Source: Phycisphaerae bacterium (GTDB lineage Bacteria > Planctomycetota > Phycisphaerae > UBA1845 > Fen-1342). Taken from it: DNA of 64,000 nt. The DNA is taken from positions 160,001-224,000 of the forward strand of contig CAXXTC010000007.1 of NCBI GenBank assembly GCA_963666925.2, read 5' to 3'. The notes below the pieces were generated by a model that was not told the DNA's origin, made no database searches, and saw only the letters and a list, made by a program, of their open reading frames with translations. The stretch's first letter is position 1. Each line of letters opens with the position of its first letter. Both the position numbers and the translations under genes were made by a program. Below, piece after piece: positions 41,371 through 50,617 of the stretch.

Positions 41371-41870
41371 TGCGCTGGACCCTTTTCATCTTTGCGCTCC
41401 TGATCGTGTTCCTCGTGCAGACCACCGCGCTACGCTTCATCGGCTGGCCCGCGCTCGATCTGTTGCTCGCCCTGGCCCTGATCTGTGGCCTGGCAGCGCC
41501 GGCGCCCGACGCCCGCCTGGCCGGCTTCTTCGTCGGGTTCGCCCAGGATCTCGACGCCAGCGGCCCCGTCGGCTTGCACGCCCTGGCCCTCGGTCTGGCC
41601 GCACTGTTGCTCACCTGGCTGCGCGAGGTCGTCAATCTCCAGGTCTGGTGGGTACGCTGGTTGATTTCGTTCCTGGCCGGCTTCCCGGCCGTTTTGCTAG
41701 TTCGGCTGCACCAGCGTTTTGCCCAGGGGGCGGCCTTCACCTGGCTTGAGATGCTGGGCTCCGCCGCCCTGACCGCGGCCGTCGCTGCCGTACTGGCCAC
41801 CATCGTCCTCGGTCTGCCCACCGCGCTGAAGCACCGCCGCCGCCGTCGCCGGCCGATGCCCGGCTGGTAG
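41370..41870 (+). CDS. MreD-like membrane protein
   Basis: LVQTT...PALDLLL...GFFVGFAQDL...PVGLHALA pattern; TGATG overlap with the upstream gene. Confidence 0.7.
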   Translation: MRWTLFIFALLIVFLVQTTALRFIGWPALDLLLALALICGLAAPAPDARLAGFFVGFAQDLDASGPVGLHALALGLAALLLTWLREVVNLQVWWVRWLISFLAGFPAVLLVRLHQRFAQGAAFTWLEMLGSAALTAAVAAVLATIVLGLPTALKHRRRRRRPMPGW

Positions 41871-41984
41871 CAATCCTGTCCCGTTTCCCTCCCTTTTCTC
41901 CCACCGATTGCTATACTCTCAGTGGCCGAGGTTTTTTCTACAGTTACGACTGAATCATTGTCCACAGCCCACACAGGTGCCGCC

Positions 41985-42425
41985 ATGACTCCAGTCGAAC
42001 GCATTCTGCAGAAGAAGGGGCCCCACGTACACAGCATCACCGAGGACGCCACCGTGCTCGACGCCGCCGGAATCATGAATACCCAGCGCGTCGGTGCACT
42101 CGTGGTTACCCGCGGCGACAAGGTCGTCGGTATCTTCACCGAACGCGACGTGCTGAATCGTGTCGTGGCGGCCCGGCGTGATCCCGGCAAGGTCAGCGTC
42201 GGCGAGGTCATGTCCGCGCCGGTCGCCTGTTGCACCCCGCAGACCAGCCCGGATGAGTGCCGCGCCGTCATGCGCAGCCAGCGCCTGCGCCACCTGCCCG
42301 TCGTCGACGCCGGCCGGCTGGTCGGCATCGTTTCCATCGGCGATCTCTTGCAGGATGCCGAGGAGAGTCAGCAACAGACCATCCAGTTCCTGCACGAGTA
42401 CATTCACGGCGGATGGGCGGAATAA
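41985..42425 (+). CDS. CBS-pair domain protein
   Basis: VGALVV, GIFTERD, RHLPVVD, GIVSIGDL. Confidence 0.92.
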   Translation: MTPVERILQKKGPHVHSITEDATVLDAAGIMNTQRVGALVVTRGDKVVGIFTERDVLNRVVAARRDPGKVSVGEVMSAPVACCTPQTSPDECRAVMRSQRLRHLPVVDAGRLVGIVSIGDLLQDAEESQQQTIQFLHEYIHGGWAE

Positions 42426-42500
42426 GGCTCATCGCCCGGCGCGCCTTCAGGAATGCACCGCTATGCCACTGCTCTTGAGCAGTGCATTCTCCGCCGCGTC

Positions 42501-44360
42501 TTATGCGTGGATCAGCAGCGTTGACTCCGTCGGCAGGTTGTCGGCCACGCCCGCGATCACGTCCCCACGCAGCGCACGCAGCACACTTGCCCGCCGCGAC
42601 ACGCCCAGCATCACCACGTCGACGGCATACGTCGCCGCGAAGTCCAGAATCACATCCGACGCATCCCGGCTGACGCAGTAGATCGGCTGATAGGGCACGC
42701 CATGCTCGCGCGCCATCTGCTCGGCGTTATAGAACAGCGTCGACGCCTCGGTGTCCTCGTCGGGCGTCATCGGATGAGCCTGTCCAGGGTAGAGAACCGC
42801 AATGTCGCGCACGTACAGCACGAAGATGTTCGCCTCACGCCGCCGCGCTTCATCAAACGCGAATCGCAGCAGCTTCTGGTTGCTCCGCGTCGCTACCAGC
42901 ACCCGTTTGCGCGCCGGATCAAAACGCAGCAACTCGCCCGCAGCCGCCGGTTCGGCCGCCAACTCCGCACCGGCCCCTGCCACCGCTGCGCCGCCGGCCC
43001 CCGCGGGTACCGGCATACGCTCCGGCACACGCCGCGCCAGGTAACGCAGCGTCAGGCCGATTGCGAGCATGGTGCTGATGAATACCAGCGCCGGCTGGTT
43101 TGTGATTGCGATTGTGATCCAGATCGCCGCCAGCAGCAGGCCGATCAGCCACATTGCGCCGCGCTCGTGCACCTTCAGATCCAGCTTGCGGTTGACCGCG
43201 CACGATCCGAGGTTGATCACGATTGCGCCGACCACGCCGATGGCATATAACTGGGCTAGGGTTTGTAGTGTGCCCTCGCCCATACTGGCCGCCACCCCCG
43301 TGACAATTGCCGCCAGCGTACACGCCGCCACCAGCCCGTACAGCGGCACGCCATATTGGTTGATACGCGAGAAAATCGACGGCAATTCGCGATCCCGGCT
43401 CATCGCGTACTGGATACTGATCATCGCGATGATGGCCGTGTTGGTCGCCGACAGCAGTAGCAGACCAAAGATGATGCTGGCCAGCGTGGCGAAGGTTGGA
43501 TGCACATAATGCCGGGCGACCACTTCAAGCACGTGCTCGGTGACCTGGTGGTGGTGGGCGGTGATTTCGCTGGCTGGTTTATCTGCCGGCACGCCCATCT
43601 CGACCAGCCCCGGCAGGCTGCACACGATGATCACCAGGATCAGGTTCAGCGTGACGACCTCGATGATCACCGGCCAGATGGACAGCTTCGCCGTGCGTTT
43701 GACGGGCGGCACCATGATCCCCGTCATGTTCGCGATCGACTCGACCCCCGATAGCGCCAGCACGACCGCGACCAGGTTCAGCCACATCTTTGAAGGCGGC
43801 ACGCCCGTCAGCGAGCCATGCTCGCGGAATATGCGCCACCCCTCGGGTAGATGCGGAATCGTGAACACCGCCAGCAGGAACGTCACCGCGATCGCGGCGA
43901 TCGCCACCACCAGCGCAAACGCGCCGGCCCGCCGCGGCCCGACGTAGTTCAGTGCCCCAATCAACCCGATCGCGACCACCGTGAACCACGGCGCCAGCTC
44001 GCGCGCCATGCCCAGGGGAACGCCGATGTAGATGACCGCTTCGTACGTGGAGATCGCCGCCGTCACCACGTAGTTCGCCATCAGCAGGATGGCGCCGACG
44101 GCCCCCAGCGACGGGTGCAGCATCCGCCCCGACGAATAGACCCCGCCGCCGTCCGGCTGAACCCGGCAGATAATCGTATAGGCCCACCCCACCGCGATCA
44201 CGAGCGCACAGATCCCCGCTACGTAGTAGGGGGCCGCCAGGCCGGCGTAAAAGAGCGCCAGACCCAGGACGTACATTCGGCTGGTGCCCAGGTCGCCGAA
44301 GAACATCGGCCCGGCCAGGTACCAGCGCAAATCACGGGGACGATCGTGTCGAACCAGCAT
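42501..44360 (-). CDS. APC-superfamily permease with C-terminal universal stress protein (USP) domain
   Basis: About 12 TM; FGDLGTSRMY, GGGVY, ALSGVESIAN; C-terminal RVLVAT...VVMLGVSRR..LRGDV. Confidence 0.88.
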   Translation of the reverse strand: MLVRHDRPRDLRWYLAGPMFFGDLGTSRMYVLGLALFYAGLAAPYYVAGICALVIAVGWAYTIICRVQPDGGGVYSSGRMLHPSLGAVGAILLMANYVVTAAISTYEAVIYIGVPLGMARELAPWFTVVAIGLIGALNYVGPRRAGAFALVVAIAAIAVTFLLAVFTIPHLPEGWRIFREHGSLTGVPPSKMWLNLVAVVLALSGVESIANMTGIMVPPVKRTAKLSIWPVIIEVVTLNLILVIIVCSLPGLVEMGVPADKPASEITAHHHQVTEHVLEVVARHYVHPTFATLASIIFGLLLLSATNTAIIAMISIQYAMSRDRELPSIFSRINQYGVPLYGLVAACTLAAIVTGVAASMGEGTLQTLAQLYAIGVVGAIVINLGSCAVNRKLDLKVHERGAMWLIGLLLAAIWITIAITNQPALVFISTMLAIGLTLRYLARRVPERMPVPAGAGGAAVAGAGAELAAEPAAAGELLRFDPARKRVLVATRSNQKLLRFAFDEARRREANIFVLYVRDIAVLYPGQAHPMTPDEDTEASTLFYNAEQMAREHGVPYQPIYCVSRDASDVILDFAATYAVDVVMLGVSRRASVLRALRGDVIAGVADNLPTESTLLIHA

Positions 44361-44644
44361 GGGGCTATTCAGACTTTCATGGTAAGACGGGGCTCCGCGC
44401 CGGCAGCCCCACGCTTGGGGACGATGATAGACGACGCCTCGGTCCTGTTTCAACCGTTGCGGCCGAATCCGTCCGCTGCTTCATCGGCCGACTGAGGCGG
44501 CACCCACCCCTCCAACGCCCGCCCCCCCACGCATAATCTGCTCTCCGGATCCTCAGAACCGATTGCAAATTGCCGCCGGTTGATTTAAATGACCCCTGGA
44601 CAATTGAACTGCCCATTGTGCCGGATTTGGAGGAGCGGGTCCCG

Positions 44645-45844
44645 ATGAGAATTCTGGTGGCCTGTGACATGCCCGAGGCGGCCCTGGAGCGCCTGCGGAG
44701 CCTGGAACCGAATACCGTTTACGTGCCCGACATCGCTGCACGCGACCTGCCCGGACACATGGAAGACGTGGGTATACTGGTCGTTCGTGGCGTGCGCGTC
44801 TCGCCCGAGACCATCACCCGCGCCAAAACGCTTCAGATGATCATCCACGCTGGCACCGGTTCCGGCGAAATCTCCGTCGAAGACGCCTCCGCCGCCGCCG
44901 TCTTCGTTTCACATTGCCCTGCCAAAGACGCGACCGCCGTCGCCGAGCTGACCCTTGGACTGATCCTCGCGCTCGATCGCCAGATCGTTGCCAACGCCAA
45001 CAGCGTCCGCGACGGGCAATGGCGACACTCCGAGCTGGCCGATGCTCGCGGATTGGCCGGGCGAACGCTGGGAATCCTCGGCTACGGCCGGGTCGGACAA
45101 CTGGTCGCCGAACGCGCCCGGGCTTTCGGCATGCGCGTCATCGCCTGGTCGCCCCACATGCTGCCCGGCATGGCCAATGAAGTTGATATCGAGTTGTGCA
45201 ACTGGCCCCGCGAGCTGGCTCGCATGAGTGACGTGGTGACGGTACATGCGGTCGAGGGGTTCGAGACCGAGGTTTTCGTTGATGCCGAGTTTCTCGCCAG
45301 CATGCATCTCGGGGCCTACCTGGTGCACGTAGGTCATCCGGGCGCTGTTGACGAGGCCGCCCTGGGCCGAGCGATTGAGGAACGCAACCTGCGCGTCGCC
45401 CTCGACGTTCTCAGCTCTGAGCCGGTGAACGACGTGACCAAATTTCGCTTTCGGCTGGCGGATCTGCCGGGGGTGATCTGCACCCAGCGAATCGCCACGC
45501 TGACGGAGCAGGCCCGGGCCGCGACGGCCGACGAGGTCGTCAACATCATCAGCTCGTTCCTGGTTTCGGGCGAGGTGCTCAACTCCCTGAATCTGTGCGA
45601 GCGCAGCCCGGCCACCTGGCAGCTAGTATTGCGAATTCGTGATCAAGTGGGTGTGATGGCCGCCATCCTCGACGCGGTCCGCGCCGACGGCATCAATGCC
45701 GAGGAGGTCAACAGCCGCGTCTTCACTGGCGCCAAGGCCTCCTGGTGCACGATCGCTCTGGACGAGCGGCCCAGTAACGACGCGCTCGAGGCGATTCGCG
45801 CCTTGCCCGACGTGCTTCATCTGGAACTGCGGGCTGTCGTCTGA
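44645..45844 (+). CDS. D-3-phosphoglycerate dehydrogenase-like protein with ACT domain, catalytically degenerate
   Basis: AVAELT, GILGYGRVG, LDV..SEP, C-terminal ACT domain; catalytic Arg and His positions appear substituted. Confidence 0.82.
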   Translation: MRILVACDMPEAALERLRSLEPNTVYVPDIAARDLPGHMEDVGILVVRGVRVSPETITRAKTLQMIIHAGTGSGEISVEDASAAAVFVSHCPAKDATAVAELTLGLILALDRQIVANANSVRDGQWRHSELADARGLAGRTLGILGYGRVGQLVAERARAFGMRVIAWSPHMLPGMANEVDIELCNWPRELARMSDVVTVHAVEGFETEVFVDAEFLASMHLGAYLVHVGHPGAVDEAALGRAIEERNLRVALDVLSSEPVNDVTKFRFRLADLPGVICTQRIATLTEQARAATADEVVNIISSFLVSGEVLNSLNLCERSPATWQLVLRIRDQVGVMAAILDAVRADGINAEEVNSRVFTGAKASWCTIALDERPSNDALEAIRALPDVLHLELRAVV

Positions 45845-45937
45845 TACCCTGCCCCATTCGCGGCGCACAAAACGGTGCCGATTTTCCCGCGTGCCTCAAC
45901 CGCAGGTCCGGCCGCGGGTATAAGAGACGGATAAACA

Positions 45938-47041
45938 GTGCTTAGCGTGAGGCAGCACATGCCATATTCAGTTCTCGCGGCCAGCTTGTGTTTGCTGGCG
46001 AGTCTCGGTGTCGACAACGCCACAGCGGCAACGCCGACAGCAGCGGACTCGCTGCGCGCCGAGCTGCACGTGGCCCAGACGTTCCTGACGCCCGGCAGCC
46101 CGATCGAGCTGCGTTTCACGCTCGTCAACACGAGCGCCGACCCCACCGATATCTCGCTCCGACACCGGCCGGACCATGACGCCGGCATTACGCTGCCGCC
46201 CGAGATTCTCTTCGGCACCGCCGACGAGCCGGCCATCATCGTGACCGCCGTCGACCGTTCCCCGATCGAAGTCATGCCGCCCACTGCGGACCATTCGCCG
46301 GCCGACTCTGCCGATGCTGACCCCACAACCGTGCGCCTGGCGGGCAACGCCACGCTGGGCACGTTGCTCGACCTGACCGATTTCTACCGCATGGCACGCT
46401 ATCCCGGCGACTACACCGTCACCTGGCAGCCGCTTGGGGGCCAGGCCGGCATCGCCAGCGTCTCCTTCCGTGTCGAGCCACGCCGCGAGGCCATTCTCGT
46501 TACCGATCACGGCAAGCTCACCTTCGAGCTCGACTACGACGGTGCCCCGCTGAACGTGCACAACTTCCTCGAACTCGCCGAGGACGGCTTCTACAACGGA
46601 ACAATACTACATCGCATCATCCCCGGGTTCGTTATCCAGGGTGGCTGCCCCAACGGCAACGGCTCCGGCATCCGCCCCGACGGCAAGCTCGTGCCCGCCG
46701 AGTTCCACAAGGCCCCCGTCGACGTCGGCACGCTGTTGGCGTCCCGCAAGGGCAGCGATCCTAACTCCGCGAGCTGCCAATTCTTTATCGCGCTGGCCCG
46801 CCTCGAACATCTTGACGACCAGTACACCGTTATCGGCCAGGCCACCGACGTCGAGAGCATGCGCACTTTGCAGGCGCTGGCGGCAGTACGAACCACCGAC
46901 CGCGGGCGCCCGATCGCCCCGATCACCATCCGCTCCATCAACCTGGTGGAGGATAGCAGCCGCCGTGTGCACGACCTCGGCACACGCAGCACCGCGCCGC
47001 GCGCCCATTCCGAGCACCCCACAACCCAGCCGGCCGAGTAA
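45938..47041 (+). CDS. Exported cyclophilin-type peptidyl-prolyl isomerase with an extra N-terminal domain
   Basis: AP..V.NFL.LA..GFYNG..HRIIPGFVIQGG, SASCQFFI, HLD.QYTVIG. Confidence 0.9.
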   Translation: MLSVRQHMPYSVLAASLCLLASLGVDNATAATPTAADSLRAELHVAQTFLTPGSPIELRFTLVNTSADPTDISLRHRPDHDAGITLPPEILFGTADEPAIIVTAVDRSPIEVMPPTADHSPADSADADPTTVRLAGNATLGTLLDLTDFYRMARYPGDYTVTWQPLGGQAGIASVSFRVEPRREAILVTDHGKLTFELDYDGAPLNVHNFLELAEDGFYNGTILHRIIPGFVIQGGCPNGNGSGIRPDGKLVPAEFHKAPVDVGTLLASRKGSDPNSASCQFFIALARLEHLDDQYTVIGQATDVESMRTLQALAAVRTTDRGRPIAPITIRSINLVEDSSRRVHDLGTRSTAPRAHSEHPTTQPAE

Positions 47042-47174
47042 CCAAGCTAACTCCCGGCCTCGCCCACGTCCTTTCCCACTGGAAATCCGCGTCAGTACCG
47101 CCATATAATGTTACCAATTCGGTCGCAATGGAGTGCGGCAACACGCCCGCCGTTGCGTAGAGCGAGGTGGAACC

Positions 47175-47933
47175 ATGGCTCTTTACGCGGCACTTACATT
47201 CTGGCTTCTGGTGATCATGTTCGCGGCCTGGGGCGTGCACCTCCTGTGGAGCGCCCTCATCAAGCCCCGCGTTGTGAACTCCGTCCTCCTGCCCGGCACG
47301 CTGGTAGCCCAACTGGGCCACGTGCTCGGCCTGCTCATCACCGGCAATTCCGTCCAGCACACCAAGCTCATGGGCGACGATGACGAGGGCAAGCCCGAAT
47401 CATCGCCACCCGACAAGCAGCGCCTGCCCGTCATCGGCCCGATCCTCGTCGGACTTCTCCCGCTCGTTGCCTGCGCCGTCGCGCTCTACTTCGTCAGCGC
47501 CTATTGGGGCAGCAGCGTGATTCGTCACGGCGGCAACGCCGCCCTTTCCGTGCCACAGACGTTGCCGACCTCGCTGGGTGGCATCTGGGCCCTGTTGCGC
47601 GCCAGCATCACCCTGATCGAAGACCTTCTCAACGCCATCATCCGTAGCGACCTGCCCAACTGGCCCACCGCCCTGTTCCTGTACCTGGCCATCTGCCTGA
47701 CGGTGCGCATGGCACCGTTCGAGGGGCACCGGCGCGGCGCCGTCGGCGCCATCTTCCTGGCCGCCATCCTGATCGCCATCATCGGCTCCTGGGTGCCGGC
47801 CGCCCGCGCATTCATCGAATCAAGCTGGCCGATCCTCAGCTTCGCCGTCGGCATGCTGCTCTTTCTGTTGCTGCTGTCGCTGCTGATCACCGGTATCGTC
47901 CGCTTCATCCAGATCATGGTTACGGACGAGTAG
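47175..47933 (+). CDS. Membrane protein, M50-like metalloprotease homolog lacking HExxH
   Basis: LPGTLVAQLGH in place of PGxxxHELxH; multiple TM; GAGG RBS. Confidence 0.65.
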   Translation: MALYAALTFWLLVIMFAAWGVHLLWSALIKPRVVNSVLLPGTLVAQLGHVLGLLITGNSVQHTKLMGDDDEGKPESSPPDKQRLPVIGPILVGLLPLVACAVALYFVSAYWGSSVIRHGGNAALSVPQTLPTSLGGIWALLRASITLIEDLLNAIIRSDLPNWPTALFLYLAICLTVRMAPFEGHRRGAVGAIFLAAILIAIIGSWVPAARAFIESSWPILSFAVGMLLFLLLLSLLITGIVRFIQIMVTDE

Positions 47934-48205
47934 GTCGTAGTCGCCACACAAGCCAAGCAAAGCAGTTTCTACCTGCCGCAGCCCCTATTCTCCTGGCGAC
48001 AACGCAATTGGCGCTTGTGAGCCGGTGTCACGCGCGACTACCATGAGAACGGGTTCGGGTGCGTCGGCCGTTGGGTCAGCTTTCCGCGGCCACAATTCTC
48101 AAGGTGAACTCGGAGCGGACCGGCCGTTCCGTGCAGTTCTTCATATCGACACGCGTCCGGGGGGACACGCTGTCGCGCGCGCCCGGACGCCGCAGGAGAG
48201 CGGTC

Positions 48206-50290
48206 ATGCCTCACAGAAAACACCCCGTGTTGATTGCATTCCTGTTTGGACTGTTACTCGGCTGGGCCGCGCCGGCCCCAGCGCAGTACATCAAATCACC
48301 CCCCGATCAGCCCACCGACGTCGACAAGCTGGATCATGGCGACCAGGCTCCGGTGCTCAAGCCCACCTGCTGGCTTGCCACCGCCGCCAACATGCTCGCC
48401 GGCGCCGGCTACGGCAACGACTACGACGGCGACGCCCAGTATCGCGCCGACCAGATCTACGAACGACTCAAGTCACACTTCGGCGACTCGGACTGAGGGT
48501 GGATCGACGAGGCCATCAGTTGGTGGCGCGACAACACCCCCGCGGACGAAGACAACGAATACGACTACGTCGATATGTTCGGCAACTGGGTTGAGCCCGA
48601 ACCCTGGGAAGATCCCGACGGTACCATGTTCATCGGCAACGAGCTGCGCAACTGCCGCTACGTCGGGTTCCACCTGGGGTGGGTTGGCGAACCACCGCCG
48701 TACGGCTGTGGCCCCGTCCATATCATAACCGGCTGGGGCGATGAGCAGACCTCCGGCCCGCTCGACGACAACCCGGCCATGGTTTACGTGACCGACTCCG
48801 ACGCCCAGGCGGGCGATCCCGGCAACGATGTCCAGGATTACATCTACGACGACTATGACGATCCACTGCCGCCGGAACGCGGCCCCGGCTGGTACCTCAA
48901 CGATTACCTCCTCTACGGTACGCCGCTGCATCCGTTCCTGATGAACGTGGTCATGCTCGGCACCAGCGAGGTTCACCACCCCAACTACCAGACCGCGACC
49001 GGGTCGGAAACATTGACCCAGCCCGGCCCGGGGCTGGCGACCGGGCTGCACTACGTCGCCTGCACCGACACCGAGATTATCGATTACCAGACGACGATCT
49101 ACATCGACGGCTATACTGCGAACTGCACCGTCGACGAGCCCGATTCGTACCATATAGTTGTCGATTGCACTTTCGACGCGCCACTGCCGGTCGGAACCGT
49201 CGTTCGGATCACCACCGAGTTCACCGAGTTCCAGTACAACAGCGTATTCCACTCCGACATGTACTTCACGTACGACAAGGACCAGTTGCGTGATGCGCGG
49301 CCGGCCGTTGCCTGGCAGGTCGATACGCCTTACCTGTCGGACACCGAATCCGCCTATCCGGGCCTGCGCAGCGGATACGTTGTCGGCGCCTACGAGCTCT
49401 ACGCCGACGCCGGCGGCACGCTGCTCCTGGGCGAGGTTCGCTTCGCGCACGAGTACGACAACAACCAGGATCCCGAGCACCACGACGTCTACCTGCGCGC
49501 GCACGCGGATAACCTCGAAACCTGCTATGTCCATAATCTGCGCTGCGCCCATTGCACCACGCCGCCGAGCACCGCGGACCTCTGGCTGGTGACGAGCTGG
49601 GATTGGACCGATGACGGACCGCCACACGAGCTCGCGCCCGGTGCCGAGGTCGACGTGCCCGTCGAGTGGCCCCCCGACGTGCTCGTCCCGCTGACCTGGT
49701 CGCTTGAAACTCCGGCCGATCCCGACCCGTCCGGCACCTGTCGTACCGGCGGTTACGTCTACGGCGGGTTCGCGCTCTATGAAGATGCCGGCGGCACCAG
49801 CCCGATCGGCGAGTATCGCCTACAGCAGCGCTACACTGCCCAGCAAAACCCCGAGTCGCACACTTTCCAGATCGAACTCGCGCCCGGCGCGCCCGCCGTC
49901 TACGTCGACAGCCTGCGCTTCGGGCACACCTACGGAAAGCTCAGCGCCGCCGAGTTAAGCGTGTTCGAGCTGAGCGATGATCAGGATTGGTTAACCGCGC
50001 CCATGGACCTGATTGAGCTCTCCGATATCAACCCGCTGGTTGTTACCGTCGACTGGGCCGGTCAGTTACCGTTCCCCAAGACCGCCTGCTATGCTGCCGG
50101 CGATTGTGATTGCAATGGAACGGTGAACTTCAACGACATCGACCCGTTCGTGGCAGCGCTGGTTGGCGCGGGCACTTACTACAACTCCTATCCTGATTGT
50201 TGGCACCTGGCGGCCGACTGCAACTATGACGGCGCAGTCAACTTCGACGATATCGACGCCTTCGTGGCGATTCTCGTGACCTTGCGTTAG
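48206..50290 (+). CDS. Secreted papain/IdeS-like cysteine-protease-domain protein with C-terminal dockerin-like tag; in-frame TGA at 48494-48496
   Basis: AGGAG RBS, signal peptide, TCWLATAAN, HIITGWG, VTDSD. ORFs 48059-48496 and 48575-50290 share one frame, separated only by this TGA. Confidence 0.78.
48497..48539 (+). promoter_or_regulatory. Candidate bacterial SECIS element
   Basis: Lower stem GGGTG/CACCC, upper stem GCCATC-AGTT-GGTGGC; loop starts 21 nt after the TGA with G at loop position 2. Confidence 0.45.
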
Positions 50291-50617
50291 CACAGCCACG
50301 CCGGTTGATGGCGATTCGTGGAAGGTGGGGCGAGTCTACTCTCGCCCACACTCCAGAACCGCGCACGGCATGACCGCCAGGTCAATACACGAACGCTGGC
50401 TGCACATTTGTGACCCGGGCGGCCAAACTTTGTCATTGCCAGTGCCCGCACTGCGTGTTACTCTACATATAGTGAGCCCATAACCTGTGGGGTCGGGCCG
50501 AACGGCCGGCTTCTGTGGCCGGATCAAATCAGGGGTAAGCAACATGGGCTGGTTGCTGTCAACATTTCTTCGCCTGGCGCACTCAGCGCCGCAAAACTCC
50601 AACCGGAGGGACACATC

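Noticed and set aside
48494..48496. Genome-wide UGA reassignment (genetic code 4 or 25)
   Set aside because: secE, nusG, gspG, gspK and gspD end at TGA at their expected C-termini, and tRNA-Trp has a CCA anticodon.
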